Source of the DNA: Macrostomum lignano | Lineage: Eukaryota | Direction of reading: 5' to 3' | DNA length: 64,000 bases | NCBI GenBank assembly: GCA_002269645.1 | Contig: NIVC01001740.1 | Span: forward strand, 1-64,000 | Shown: positions 25,530-43,229 of the stretch, piece by piece | How the letters are laid out: every line of letters starts with the position of its first letter | Numbering within the stretch: position 1 is the first letter of the stretch | Position numbers and translations under genes: made by a program | The notes under the pieces: model-generated | What the model saw: the letters and a program-made list of their open reading frames with translations, nothing else | The model's database searches: none | Told to the model about the DNA's origin: nothing

Positions 25530-26065
25530 ACACTCCAAGCTAGGCCAGACCCCTAACCCCCCGCTGAGCGATTCAACTCTCCAAGCTAGGCCAGACCCCT
25601 AACCCCCCGCTGAGCGATTCAACACTCCAAGCTAGGCCAGACCCCTAACCCCCCGCTGAGCGATTCAACACTCCAAGCTAGGCCAGACCCCTAACCCCCC
25701 GCTGAGCGATTCAACACTCCAAGCTAGGCCAGACCCCTACCCCCGCTGAGCGATTCAACACTCCAAGCTAGGCCAGACCCCTACCCCCGCTGAGTGATTC
25801 AACACACCAAGCTAGGCCAGACCCCTACCCCCGCTGAGTGATTCAACACACCAAGCTAGGCCAGACCCCTACCCCCGCTGAGCCATTAAACACACCAAGC
25901 TGGGCCAGACCCCTACCCCCGCTGAGCCAATAAACACACCAAGCTGGGCCAGACCCCGGGCCTACCCTCCGCTAAGCCATTCAACACTCCAAGCTAGGTC
26001 CCCCGCTGAGTGATTCAACACTCCAAGCTAGGTCCCCCGCTGAGTGATTCAACACTCCAAGTTAG
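25530..26065. repeat. 46-47-bp minisatellite (CTGAGCGATTCAACACTCCAAGCTAGGCCAGACCCCTAACCCCCCG)
   Basis: Tandem array with stepwise variants. Confidence 0.93.
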
Positions 26066-26255
26066 CCTCGCTTAAGCGACAAAACACCCCAATTCAGATT
26101 ATTTCGAAATTCAGCCGCGATACAACAAAAACAGCAAATTTGATTAAAAAGACCAAAAATCGATGAAAGCTGTGCATTAATGTGGCCGCGAGTCAAAGGA
26201 ATCAACTAGGAACAATAAGCAGAATCAAAGAAATGAAAATAGCGCAATCTCTGTC

Positions 26256-30386
<4,131 letters not shown>

Positions 30387-32694
30387 GCAATTAAATAAAA
30401 ATAACAGAATTCATTACGTGAAACTAACAGAATGCTGAAAAAACTTGCATGTTAGGCGATTTCTGAAAAGTATCATTTAGCCTAGACAATTTTACTCATA
30501 AAATTCTCATTAAATAGTAATTTAATTCAAATAGGCCAAATATACTTCATCTTGTTTTTCTATGATAGGAGATTTCCATACTATCACTATTATGATTGGA
30601 ACTTGTGACTTGACTTGAAATTCAGTTAAAACTAGTATTAAACAATATGCTTATGAAATTCTTGTCACTTAAAACAAGCAAATTAAGCTTCATTTTTACT
30701 TTTGCCTAAAAAATGCTACATTTATTTCCAATATACTATTGGAATATTTCAAAATGAAAAGACATTGATAGTCATTGAAGTAAGCATAGTTGTAGACGTT
30801 TACCGTCTTGATCGAATAATATCTAAGTAACAAAAGTTCAGTGCAATATATCTTCTAAGCTCTAACCTCTAAGCTTTAAGTGTAAGCTTATAACTTTATC
30901 AGTTATGACTTGACTACGAGCTAAAGTAAGAAGCTGTCGTTGCATTAAACCAAAAAATTTAATCATTGAGAGGCTATACCTATTTCTAACTTAATTGTTA
31001 AAACTAATTTATTCATCTTTAGTCAAATATTAAAAACCTTTGGCATGACCATGACGCAAGAGCAACGCATTTTATTGGCACGGAAATGCAAAATAAAATT
31101 AATTTGTGTGGGATCGCCGCGTCGAATTATCGCGCAAAATGCACTTCTTTATCATTGTTATAAAAGAAAGTCTCGTTAATGTAACCTAAAAATCATGTTT
31201 TTTACTGTAAAAACTTATTAATATTGAATATTTAATACTTAAATATACAATCTCTTGTATAATTTTTGTTATAACACCTAATTACAGTATTTAACTATAG
31301 CTTTTTATAGGAAATACTGAAATTATCTAATAATACCATTGAAATGATTACAACTTATTAAGCTATTAGCATCAGCAGCAGCAGAAGGAAGTAATTAGCA
31401 GCACTATGGATGGTAACTAGATTCAAACATACTACAACGAACTGGGTTTTCAATTTTTTTCAAAATTTCAAAAACTTTACCTAACCCAACAATCAGCCCA
31501 GCCCAGCCCAGCCCAGCCCCAGGGCCCCCAGCCTAGCGACGCGGTAATTATATTAATCAATGCAAATGTCAATAATTGCTAAAAATTTCATTGTAGGATT
31601 AATCAATAAAAGCAATGGAGCACCATTTGTAGATATTGCGAGATATTGCATCTTATAATTGGCATTGATGTATTTTATATAACTTAACTCAAACTATTTA
31701 ATTGCTTGGCTCTCCTCGACCTCTACCCTCTATATTAGTATAGATTAGGCCTATGCTGTCATAATTTTCAACAATATGCATGTATTATTACCTGCGTATT
31801 GCATATTGACCATGTATGTTTTGGTTGTTTATTATGTGAAAGAATCATGAATTGATCACTTTGACATTTTATTTTTATATTGTTAAATGGGGTATACAAT
31901 GTGGTACATATATAATCAGCCAAATAGCTTACCTTAACTACAATACAATTATAGAAGGCTTGAAAGGGAGTCAATTTTATAATAAAAATCAGTATGCCTA
32001 ATGCATGTAGTAATAATCAATATACAGTTTGCATATAAGAAGTTACCCATATAGCAAAAAGTTACCTTTTAGTTCAATTTTTTGAAAGTTCAATATAACA
32101 TTATAGAATGTTTTTTTATTTAATTTTATTTTTTCAGGTAGGCATTTTTCCAACTAAACTTGGCTGGGCCCCTTGCCAGCTTGGAGGGTTTTGCATATGT
32201 ATAATATTTAATATTATTATTATTAACAATACTCCTCTTAACTGACACTTAAAATACTTTTTTAAATCAGTTTTAGTTTCTTTTCTATGCTGTTCCATTA
32301 GAATATTAGCTTGAAATAGTTCCTAATTACATCTTATATTTAGTAAATAATAGTACTAGTACAACAAAATTTAATAATCCTTCATTATTCATTATATTTT
32401 ATTAATTTTTGTTTAATTTACTAACTTACTAAAATGTTTCTTGTTTCATATAAAATTTAAAAAGTGATATATTTAATCATATTAAAATTTAAAATTTCAT
32501 TTCAATTACTTGAACTGTTTGATTTTACACAATTATTTTTAAGTTTTTTTAATTAAAAGATAAAAGTTAACCTTTCAAAATTTAAGTAAACAGTTGTAAA
32601 GAAACAAAAAATAATTTATTCCCTATAAAATTTCTATGTTTTATGTAGATTAAGTTCCACTTTAAAAAGAATCTATGTTGCTTTCAGATCTACC

Positions 32695-35600
32695 ATGACT
32701 CGAGTAATCTGTTGCAATCGCTTCTTATCCCAGTCTGTTCTCTCACCAGAGTGGCCAGTGGGTTGTCTCTGTTCCCATGGGAACTGTCTCATTGTGTCAA
32801 GTGGGCCACGTCAGCTCACAGTCCTAGAGTGGATCAATGATGAATGTGGCGGTAGACAGCTTAAGGAGTGTCAAAAGCTGGATGTAGAATTTCCAATAAT
32901 TCAGGTGAGAACAGTTTTAAGGGATCTACCATTAGATAAGAATCGGGATCTATCAGATAAGAATCGGGATCTATCAGATAAGAATCGGGATCTATCAGAT
33001 AAGAATCGGGATCTATCAGATAAGAATCGGGATCTATCAGATAAGAATCGGGATCTATCAGATAAGAATCGGGATCTATCAGATAAGAATCGGGATCTAT
33101 CAGATAAGAATCGGGATCTATCAGATAAGAATCGGGATCTATTAGATAAGAATCGGGATCTATTAGATAAGAATCGGGATCTATCAGACAACATCCAGAG
33201 ATTCCAGACTCAAATCTGAAATCGCACTCAGGTTCGTTATTGCTCTCAATCCGATCTTCTGGTCGCCCTGTGCTCATCAGCCGAGCCCGCGGACCGCTCC
33301 AGCTGCGGCGGCGGCACTGTCTGCCAGGCCTTCCACAACTGGCGCAGCGGCGGCTGCTGGCGCCACCAATTTGCCGGGCACCGGCGGGCAAATTTGATTC
33401 GCGTCGACGCCGACAAAGTCGCCATTGCCGAGGCTCGGACTGTGTCGGTTTACTCTTTGAAGCCTGGAATCGTCGGCGCGGATGATTTTTGTGATTCCGG
33501 ATTCGAACTTGCGACCGTCCTTCAAATGGAGTTCGTGCTCACCCAGCTGGAGATGAAGCGCAGCAGTTTGACAGCCGAGCTCTGCCTGCTCGCCGCTGCT
33601 GCCAACCGCCTGCTGCTGCTGCAGCTGCGGCCGCGGCCCGTCATTCTGCTGGACGGAGCGGAACGAGCGAGCGCCTCCTTGGATGACGAGGATGGCGCCA
33701 ATGTGTTCAGCCTCTTCGACTGTGAGTTCTTACCCGCTGCATGCTTTGAGTCTACCAGGCTGCAGGCCATTCCGTTGACCCCTGAGAGCACACACGCCCA
33801 CCCCCCCCCTTCCGGGGCTCGAACTAATGCAGAATAATACCAAGTTTCCTCGGAAACCGTAAAACTGCTAGAAAATTTGTACTTTAATAGTAATTGTACT
33901 TAAGTGTATTTATTATTATAAGCAGGGGGGCTGTGTGCACCCTGGCGCACTTTAAGCCACATTGTCACACAACCGGCGAGAGGCATTACTGCCCATTCCG
34001 CCGACTCCCCTGAGCAGGCACACACTCACACAGAAGTGTACAGCGACCCTGACTTTATTTATCGTCAGACATGTACACTTCACTGTGCCTTGGGGGGTTG
34101 GCCCTCAATGCCGTTAATTGCACGAGCAGAGCCAAGCCAAGATTCCAATTCAGCCCCAAATTAATGCGACTGCACTTGGAATCGAGCCTGGGTCGCTGGC
34201 ACACCAGAGCCTGCGCTACCGCTGGGCTATCCTAACCCAACTACTTTACTGTATTCTACTTTATAAGCAGATGTACTTTAGAGGGTTTAACATGATTGAG
34301 ACTGCATTTTACATTGAGAACAAACTACAGTCATTAATAAACATTCCAGTTGACGACCTTGTCGTGTCCTCAGCCGCTGAAGGAGAGGAGAATCGAACCC
34401 AGGGCAAGCTGGAATCCAAGCCGAAGGAGCGCCTGTTTCCAGACACTAGGCCTGTTTGTCAAGGTGACATTTTCTCATTTTCTTATTTATTGCCTACGTT
34501 TGGCGAACTTTTATCTATTTGATCTTTTCTCAATGAATTGCAGTCCAATTCAGCCAGTCAGAACAGCCGCTGACAGTGAAGACTTGGCTGGTGAAGACTC
34601 TGGCGCTGCAGGCTGATGAACGCCTGCACTCCTTGGAGCTGCGGGATTTCGGTAAGATCCTTGAAAAATTGTCTCATGGATACCGAAATCCCAAAACCCT
34701 AACAGGGGATTAATGGATAACAAAATCCCAAATCCCTAAAAGGAAATTTGTGAAAAACAAAATCGCAAATCCCTTTAAAAGCGGATTTATGGATATTAAA
34801 ATCTCGGGATTTATGTTTATCTCGATCCCAGATCCCTAAAAGGGCATTTATGGTTATTAAAATTCTAAATTCCTAGAACGGGATTAATGACTTTAAACAG
34901 CCCATATCATAGTGCTTTTATCTCTCATTTTCTTCCCTCCAAACATTGCAGACTCGGACAATCTGATGGCCTTCTTCTCTACGCACTCGCAAGGCTTCAT
35001 CTTCTGCGTTAATTTTGTTGAAAATCGAATTGAAAAAATTTTGGAATTAAGATATAACTCTGATGTGTCCTCTGTGAGAGTTTTGTATAAATTAAAATTA
35101 GCATTTGTTGGTCAGACACTGTCAGCCATAGACTATCCATATTGGTCAGACAGTGTCAGTCATAGACTATCCATATTGGTCAGACAGTGTCAGTCATAGA
35201 CTATCCATATTGGTCAGACAGTGTCAGTCATAGACTATCCATATTGGTCAGACAGTGTCAGTCATAGACTATCCATATTGGTCAGACAGTGTCAGTCATA
35301 GACTATCCATATTGGTCAGACAGTGTCAGTCATAGACTATCCATATTGGTCAGACAGTGTCAGTCATAGACTATCCATATTGGTCAGACACTGTCAGTCA
35401 TAGACTATCCATATTGGTCAGACAGTGTCAGTCATAGACTATCCATATTGGTCAGACAGTGTCAGTCATAGACTATCCATATTGGTCAGACACTGTCAGT
35501 CATAGACTATCCATATTGGTCAGACAGTGTCAGTCATAGACTATCCATATTGGTCAGACAGTGTCAGTCATAGACTATCCATATTGGTCAGACAGTGTCA

Positions 35601-38600
35601 GTCATAGACTATCCATATTGGTCAGACAGTGTCAGTCATAGACTATCCATATTGGTCAGACAGTGTCAGTCATAGACTATCCATATTGGTCAGACAGTGT
35701 CAGTCATAGACTATCCATATTGGTCAGACAGTGTCAGCCATAGACTATCCATATTGGTCAGACAGTGTCAGTCATAGACTATCCATATTGGTCAGACAGT
35801 GTCAGTCATAGACTATCCATATTGGTCAGACAGTGTCAGTCATAGACTATCCATATTGGTCAGACAGTGTCAGTCATAGACTATCCATATTGGTCAGACA
35901 GTGTCAGTCATAGACTATCCATAGTGGTCAGAGTGTCAGCCATAGACTATCCATATTGGTCAGACAGTGTCAGTCATAGACTATCCATATTGGTCAGACA
36001 GTGTCAGTCATAGACTATCCATATTGGTCAGACAGTGTCAGTCATAGACTATCCATATTGGTCAGACAGTGTCAGTCATAGACTATCCATATTGGTCAGA
36101 CAGTGTCAGTCATAGACTATCCATATTGGTCAGACAGTGTCAGTCATAGACTATCCATATTGGTCAGACAGTGTCAGTCATAGACTATCCATATTGGTCA
36201 GACAGTGTCAGTCATAGACTATCCATATTGGTCAGACAGTGTCAGTCATAGACTATCCATATTGGTCAGACAGTGTCAGTCATAGACTATCCATATTGGT
36301 CAGACAGTGTCAGCCATAGACTATCCATATTGGTCAGACAGTGTCAGTCATAGACTATCCATATTGGTCAGAGTGTCAGCCATAGACTATCCATATTGGT
36401 CAGAGTGTCAGCCATAGACTATCCATATTGGTCAGACAGTGTCAGTCATAGACTATCCATATTGGTCAGAGTGTCAGCCATAGACTATCCATATTGGTCA
36501 GAGTGTCAGTCATAGACTATCCATATTGGTCAGAGTGTCAGCCATAGACTATCCATATTGGTCAGACAGTGTCAGTCATAGACTATCCATATTGGTCAGA
36601 CAGTGTCAGTCATAGACTATCCATATTGGTCAGACAGTGTCAGTCATAGACTATCCATATTGCTCAGACAGTGTCAGTCATAGACTATCCATATTGCTCA
36701 GACAGTGTCAGTCATGATTCTTATCTATAATCAAATTGACAGGCTGTGATAGGAGCAGACGGACTGCTGCATACAATGTCCACAGACTTAGTGGAATCGT
36801 ACACGACACACCAGCCCCTGTGCCGTCTGTCTTCTGTCATTTCCGAGTCGGTCTCAGACTCCGGTCCGTTATCAACTGTCGTGCCGAATCTGCTTATAGG
36901 GTCGCAGATGTTTCCTGGAATTTTTGCGGTTGCAGCTCACGACCGCGGCCTGCTGCTGGTGTCCTCTGCTGCCGACGCTGACGAAGAGGCGACAGCTGGT
37001 GGCGGCCGGCCGTTGAGCACCTTGTACACCCTGGTGTTTGAGTCCGCCGGTAATCTAGTGGAAGACCTTGTGAGAGCTTTGCTGGGAGAATGGGTGAATA
37101 AGGTTGGATTCTGAGAAAATAAAGTTGTAATTTGCATTAAGTAGTTTTTTTAATAACTAGAAAGTTGGACGCATAACCTGGCGGATGACCTGGAAAAGTT
37201 GGTGGATAACTTGGGAAAGGGGCGGATAACTTGGGAAAGTTGGCAGATAACTTAGGAAAGGGGCGGATAACTTGGGAAAGGGAGCGGATAACTTGGGAAA
37301 GGGAGCGGATAACTTGGGAAAGGGAGCGGATAACTTTAAAAAGGGGGGCGGATAACTTGGGTAAGTTGGTGGATAACTATAAATAACGGGCGGTTGATAG
37401 AGAAATCCAAATAATATACTTATAACCTAATAAATTACGATATACTAATGTACGAAATTTGCACTGCAGATTGACAAGTGCCTGGAATTCAAGCAGGACA
37501 GCGAAGACATCTGCCAGCACTTGGCCCGAGAAGCCGCGTTCATCTTGCAGACTTCTGAAAGCGCCCAGAATGCGAGCCAGTTGCAGAAGCAAAAAATTCT
37601 TGAGTTTTGCGCCGAACTTATCGAGTGTGCCAATGTTTTGAATAAATTTGTTTGGGATTTTGATTCCATTAAACTAATATTTTTGTTTCGAGTAACTGAT
37701 TAATTAATTTCGATTTTTCGATTTAGAGATCAACCCGAGGATTGCATTGGAGCCCGGCTAATGCTGGAATTTCTAAATCCCGATTTAGAAGTTTTGCTTC
37801 CTGCGGTGAGCTTGGATGCAGCTAAGGTGAGTGTGCATCTGGGTTAGGCAGGGGGTTGAGAGGAGTTAAAGATAATATGTCGATTGAGTGTGTACATTGA
37901 GGGAGAGCAAGAAGGGACAGAGGAGATTGGATATTGAATGAGTCATCGAGTGTACATTGGGATGGCAGGGAGAGACGGAGGTTAGAGATTGAGTGATTCA
38001 TCGAGTGTACATTGGGAGGGCAGGGAGGTACAGAGGAGATAAGAGATTGAATGAGTCATCGTGTGTACATTGAGATGGCAGGGAGGGACAGAGGAGATAA
38101 GAGATTGAATGAGTCATCGAGTGTACATGGGGGTAGGAAGGCACAGAGAAGATAAGAGATTGGATGAGTCATTGAGTGTACATTGGGAGGGCAGGGAGGT
38201 ACAGAGGAGATAAGAGATTGAATGAGTCATCGTGTGTACATTGGGATGGCAGGGAGGGACAGAGGAGATAAGAGATTGGATGAGTCATCGAGTGTACATG
38301 GGGGTAGGAAGGCACAGAGGAGATAAGAGATTGGATGAGTCATTGAGTGTACATTGGGAGGGCAGGGAGGTACAGAGGAGATAAGAGATTGAATGAGTCA
38401 TCGATTGTACATGGGGGGCTATGGAAATAAATACTACGTAATACTAGAATAAATAGTTGTATGAAGCTAATAAATATACTGGAATCAACCAACAGCTGCT
38501 GAAGTCCTCCAGTCTCGTCAGCTACATCCGAGACGGCCTTCTGAAGCGCGCCAATTTTTGCCTTCCTGGTCATCAGTCTGTGAGGATACCTGGTTTCTAA

Positions 38601-41600
38601 AAGAGTCAAATTCACAAAATATGAATTCGCCAATAATTAAACGTAATGCTTCTCTTTTCCCAAGGCCGTGTGGCCCTGTCTTGAGCAGCTGCTCAGAGCT
38701 CTGCTAGCCCGGGAGACCAGCTCAAGTAGTGCCAATCTGTTAATCCGCCTGCTCGCCCTGTTGCCTAGCAACGGACCGACGCTATGTCGGCTCTGCTCGC
38801 ATCAACTGCCCCGACTGAATCCCGACAGCTTGCTGTACTGTCTAACAGCATCTGCTGCAGAAGAAGCCGATGCTCCTGCTGTTACTACTGCTGGCGAGGA
38901 CGGCTGCAGTAGTATGTCGGGACTAAGCGAAGCAGAAATTTGCGATTCATTGCCCAGTTTGGCCCGGCTAATGCCGCTTAAGCAGTTTGGCAGGTTCTTT
39001 CAGGTAGGGCCGATCAGAAAGTGAAGTTCGCTATTAAAAATCATAGTTTTATTATATTTATTTTATATCAATCGCTTGCAGAAACTGTTCGCCCAGCAAC
39101 CGTTGGCAGTCTGTGGCGCCATGGAGCTTATAGACAGTCAGTTTGATTGGCAGTTTGCCAAGCAGGTAGATAAGACTACTGATTGATTGATAAGTATATA
39201 TAAGTAGGTTGTGCCAGTGACATTTGACTGTCACTGACATTTGACTGTCAGTGACATTTGACTGTCAGTGAGATTTGACTGTCAGTGACATTTGACTGTC
39301 AGTGAGATTTGACTGTCAGTGAGATTTGACTGTCAGTGACATTTGACTGTCAGTGAGATTTGACTGTCAGTGACATTTGACTGTCAGTGAGATTTGACTG
39401 TCAGTGACATTTGACTGTCAGTGACATTTGAGGGCGAGAGAGAGAGCAGAGCATCTTACTCAATTCTATAGTCCCAAATTTGCATAGGTGTTTCACATAT
39501 CATTGGTGGTCGCAAGTGCATGGGATAAAAACCGCGTTTAAACACTGAATTAGACGGGACATTTTTAATGTTTAGCAAGGGTGGAAATTATGGAAACCTA
39601 AATCTCTAAACGGTAACCTAAACCTAAGCCTGAAATTGAACATTTACCCCAACCTAAACCCTACTCTAAGCCTAAATCATAACCCTAGGTCTAAACTTAA
39701 CCTAAACCTTAACCATAACCTATACCGTAACCTGAACATTAACCCTAACCAAAACCATAACCTAAATCCTAAACCGTAACCCCAACCCTAACCTAAGTCA
39801 TTGGCAGTCGTTTCACCGCTTGAAAACAATTGGCAGTGAATACTACTGAATTGAAAGTAGCTTGTTTGCATGCATGCATTAAAACAACTGTTAGTTAACC
39901 AAAAGCCCCAATGTTTCACCCGCAGCTACCCTGGCCTCTGTCTATCTACTTCGTGGAAGTTCGCTGGCTCCAACAGATGACAGACCTGCCGGATATCGAT
40001 ATTACTAATAGTAATAGCAACATGGATCAGTTCAAACAGTGGTCTGACCTGCTGATGGATTTGCTAAATCAAGCTGTACGCCAGTGCCGAAGTGGCGGCA
40101 GCGGCTGCAAACTGCCTATTGATGTTGGTGCCTGGCTTTGATGTCCGCTTTCAATTTTAATTGTTTGCTTTTATAATTTGCTAAAACGCATTTGAAACAC
40201 TCGCAATCTATTCAGTGAAAAGATGATGGTTTAGACCAGGGGTCGGACAAGTTCGGCCTGCGCGCCCCGTGCGGCCCACCTCTATCCAGCCCTCAGGTCC
40301 TTTGAAACTTCACAGTGCAATCCCGCCAGCTCAGGGTTTGAGTCTCTTCTCAGCTACCTTCTCTACAATCTCCTCTGCTCTCCCTCTATCTTCTCTTATC
40401 TCTCCTCTCTCCTCCTCTCCCCTCCTCTCCTCTCTCCCTCCTCTACTCTCCCCTTCCTCTCCTCTCTCCTCTCCCCTTCCTCTCCTCTCTCCTCTCCCTC
40501 CTCTCCTCTCTCCCTCCTCTCCTCTCTCCCTCCTCTCCTCTCTCCTCTCCCCTTCCTCTCCTCTCTCCCTCCTCTCCTCTCTCCCTCCTCTACTCTCTCC
40601 CTCCTCTCCTCTCTCCTCTCCCCTTCCTCTCTCCTCTCCCCTCCTCTCCTTTCTCCTCTCCCCTCCCTCTCTCTCCTCTCCCCTTCCTCTCCTCTCTCCT
40701 CTCCCCTTCCTCTCCTCTCTCCTCTCCCCTTCCTCTCCTCTCTCCTCTCCCCTTCCTCTCCTCTCTCCTCTCACCTTCCTCTCCTCTCTCCTCTTCCCTT
40801 CCTCTCCTCTCTCCTCTCCCCTCCCTCTCCTCTCTCCTCTTCCCTTCCTCTCCTCTCTTCTCTCCCCTTCCTCTCCTCTCTCCTCTCCCCTTCCTCTCCT
40901 CTCTCCTCTCCCCTCCTCTCATCTCTTCTTTCCTCGCCTCTTCTCTCCCTCCTCTCCTCTCCTCTCCTCTTCTCCCCTCTCCTCTCCTTCCCTCTCGTCT
41001 TTCCTCTTCCTTCTCTCCCTGCTCTTCTCTCTCCTCTCCTATTTTATGTCTCTTCTCCTCCTCTCCTCTCTCTTCTCTTTTCATTTTATTTCCTTGCTTC
41101 TGCTTCGCATTTCTCCCCTCTGGCCCGCAGCCATGCGCTGGGTTTTCTGTGGCCCTTGAGTTAAAAAATCTGCCCGAACCTTGTTTTAGACTAAGCTGTT
41201 TTACTCTGTTTTGGAACTTTAAAAAACGAAGTTTGGTTTTATAGAGAAGCATTTCTTCCCGGAAATGTGAATAGGTCGAGTGTTTGGTTAAAGTGCAGTT
41301 TTGAGTTACACTAGAGGTTGTCCGAAAAGTTCGACTCTTTTAATCTCATTTGCCGACTCAAATTTTCGGGTCATACCCATACTAGAGCAGAAAATTTTTA
41401 ATTAAACACTTTTTCAGAAAGATTGAATTTATCAGAAAGCAAAAATGTACCAATTTAAAATGACATGAAAGCTGTTACCCGTTGAAAACGTTACCCGTGA
41501 CAAGAATCGCTAAAGAGTCATTGCAAACAACTTACTATAGTGAATCTGAAGTTGCAGAATCGTAAAACAGTCTCGTAAAAGTCGTTGTGTTAACATTTAA

Positions 41601-42953
41601 CGCTTAACTTTCTACTGACTCAAGTAGACTAAATAGGGTTTAAAATGCGAAAATGCGATTCTGATTCATAAAGTGCCGCAGGTGCGCTTTAGACGCAACT
41701 CACTGATTCTGCAGCGACTCCAGCACGCCTCAGATACGACTCTAATAAGAATTGACTCTTAGGCGACTCTTTGACTACTTTTAAACGACTCGTTTTATAG
41801 TCGTCCAGAGTCACTTCTGTCCTATTTTACCTGTGTTACATGCGTCGTGCAACGACCCTGGGGCGACGCGATTGACCTTGGGATGTTTCTTGGCCTGGGT
41901 ACCTTTTTCGTCGATTAAAAGTGTGACAAATTTCTGAAAACCTTAAGAAAAAACTTCAAAATGAAAGTAGTAACTAAATATCTTTACATGGTTGTTAAAA
42001 AGTTATTAATTGTCCGCCTAACTGCCAGGTGAGCTTGTCCACCCCGGAGGGCCTGCTCAAGCGGCTGCTGTCTCTGCTGTACAATCTACCAGGCATGGAG
42101 AGTCGGCAGTGCTGCTGTCTGGCTTTTGTGGCTCAGCGAGTTCTTCTGGTGAGCAGATGCTGCTGTAGCCAGGGGCTTTCATTGGGGACGCCGTTCTTTT
42201 ATGAGGGGCGCCACTTGAACTGAGGCGTGACACGCGCGCCAGCACCAGGGGCGCCAGCACCAGAGGCGCCAGCACCAGAGGCGCCAGCACCAGAGGCGCC
42301 AGCACCAGAGGCGCCAGCACCAGAGGCGCCAGCACCAGAGGCGCCAGCACCAGGGGCGCCAGCACCAGGGGCGCCAGCACCAAGGGCGCTAGCACCAGAG
42401 GCTTTAGCACCAGGGCCTTTAGCACCAGTATCAGCATCAGTTTTTCTAAGAATTCGAGTTTCTTAAAGCCCTTCTTAACTCAATTCTGCAGCTGCTGTGG
42501 CTGCAGCCAGGTCAGCCTCCGCCATCTGGCTTTGACGCCCTGTGCCGCAGCCTCGGCTCCGCGCACCCCAGCCTGGCTCTGTGCATTTCTCAGGCGCCGC
42601 TTCTGATTGGCTGTCGAGAGCTGACCAGTCCGGAGCTTCGAGCCCGCCGCCTCCTTCCGCTAATCCGATTGGACGGCGCATCCGCGGACACGCGTCGACG
42701 CCTGATTGGCTGCCTAGGATTGCAGAGCGCCGATTGGCTGGCGCTGATTCAGGCGGCAGACGGTAGCCAATCAGACTGCGAGGCCGTCTGCAGCTTGGCC
42801 AGCCACTTCGCCGATCGGGCCACCTTGGAGTCCTTGCTCGATGCGGACTGCGCAACAGGGGCCCGCCCGCTGTTCCACTGCGCTGGTCGGGAATCTTTGC
42901 GAAATCAGCGCGACGAGCTGACCAGACTACTGGCTGCCCAGCTAGCCGAGTAG
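32695..42953 (+). CDS. HPS3: Hermansky-Pudlak syndrome 3 (BLOC-2 subunit)-like protein, about 14 exons
   Basis: Exons include 32695-32904, 33232-33721, about 34375-34464, 34554-34651, 34951-35010, 36743-37069, 37470-37620, 37728-37826, 38491-38580, 38666-39003, 39081-39164, 39927-40120, 42029-42148 and 42492-42953. Resemblance to HPS3 is from memory: N-terminal MTRVICCNRFLSQ, VRYCSQSDLLVAL...AFHNWR, AFFSTHSQGFIF, LYTLVFES, HLAREAAFIL. Several internal boundaries are approximate. Confidence 0.62.
32920..33188. repeat. 21-bp minisatellite (GATAAGAATCGGGATCTATCA), about 12 units
   Basis: Tandem array filling the first coding intron of the HPS3-like gene. Confidence 0.95.
33930..34232 (-). mobile_element. 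tRNA-derived SINE
   Basis: Minus-strand head GGATAGCCCAGCGGTAGCGC (A box) ... GGCTCGATTCC (B box); body homologous to 56960-57275. Confidence 0.7.
35108..36715. repeat. 34-bp minisatellite (CATAGACTATCCATATTGGTCAGACAGTGTCAGT), about 47 units
   Basis: Tandem array read directly. Confidence 0.98.
37180..37378. repeat. Degenerate 21-bp repeat (GGATAACTTGGGAAAGGGGGC-type)
   Basis: About 9 units. Confidence 0.85.
37890..38415. repeat. About 58-bp purine-rich tandem repeat (GAGATTGAATGAGTCATCGAGTGTACATTGGG...)
   Basis: About 9 units with 2-3 alternating variants. Confidence 0.88.
39228..39432. repeat. 17-bp minisatellite (GTGACATTTGACTGTCA)
   Basis: About 12 units. Confidence 0.93.
40237..41183 (+). 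mobile_element. hAT/Charlie-like MITE containing a CT-rich low-complexity array
   Basis: Ends CAGGGGTCGGACAA and CTGCCCGAACCTTG are imperfect inverted repeats; flanks GTTTAGAC (40229-40236) and TTTTAGAC (41184-41191) match 7/8; GGCCC subterminal motifs at both ends. Confidence 0.7.
42238..42430. repeat. 15-bp minisatellite (GCACCAGAGGCGCCA), second locus
   Basis: Same unit as 26918-27298. Confidence 0.93.
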
Positions 42954-43229
42954 TACGAATAGAGTTTTACTTGTTTTTGGTATTGAATTTTTAGAGATGA
43001 CTCATTAAGTAGTATAAAACGGTAATGCGAAATTTGATTTTTTAAACTATCAATAAATATTAATAGCACGATTCGTTAATAAAAACCTTAAACTTTTAAT
43101 AAATTGAATTGAAATAATTTCTTTTAAGTCATTTATTGATATCATTAAATTTTTACCACATCATTGATAACCAAACCATCTTGCATCTTGCAATCTTGCA
43201 GCGAAAGAATAGTTTAGACGGCATAAAGT

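Noticed and set aside
34170-34232. Possible tRNA gene
   Set aside because: A and B boxes are present, but no complete cloverleaf or acceptor stem, and it continues into a body shared with 56960-57275; called a SINE.
35108-36715. 34-bp periodic arrays (also 53470-55545) as possible CRISPR arrays
   Set aside because: Units are head-to-tail with no unique spacers, there are no cas genes, and the context is eukaryotic.
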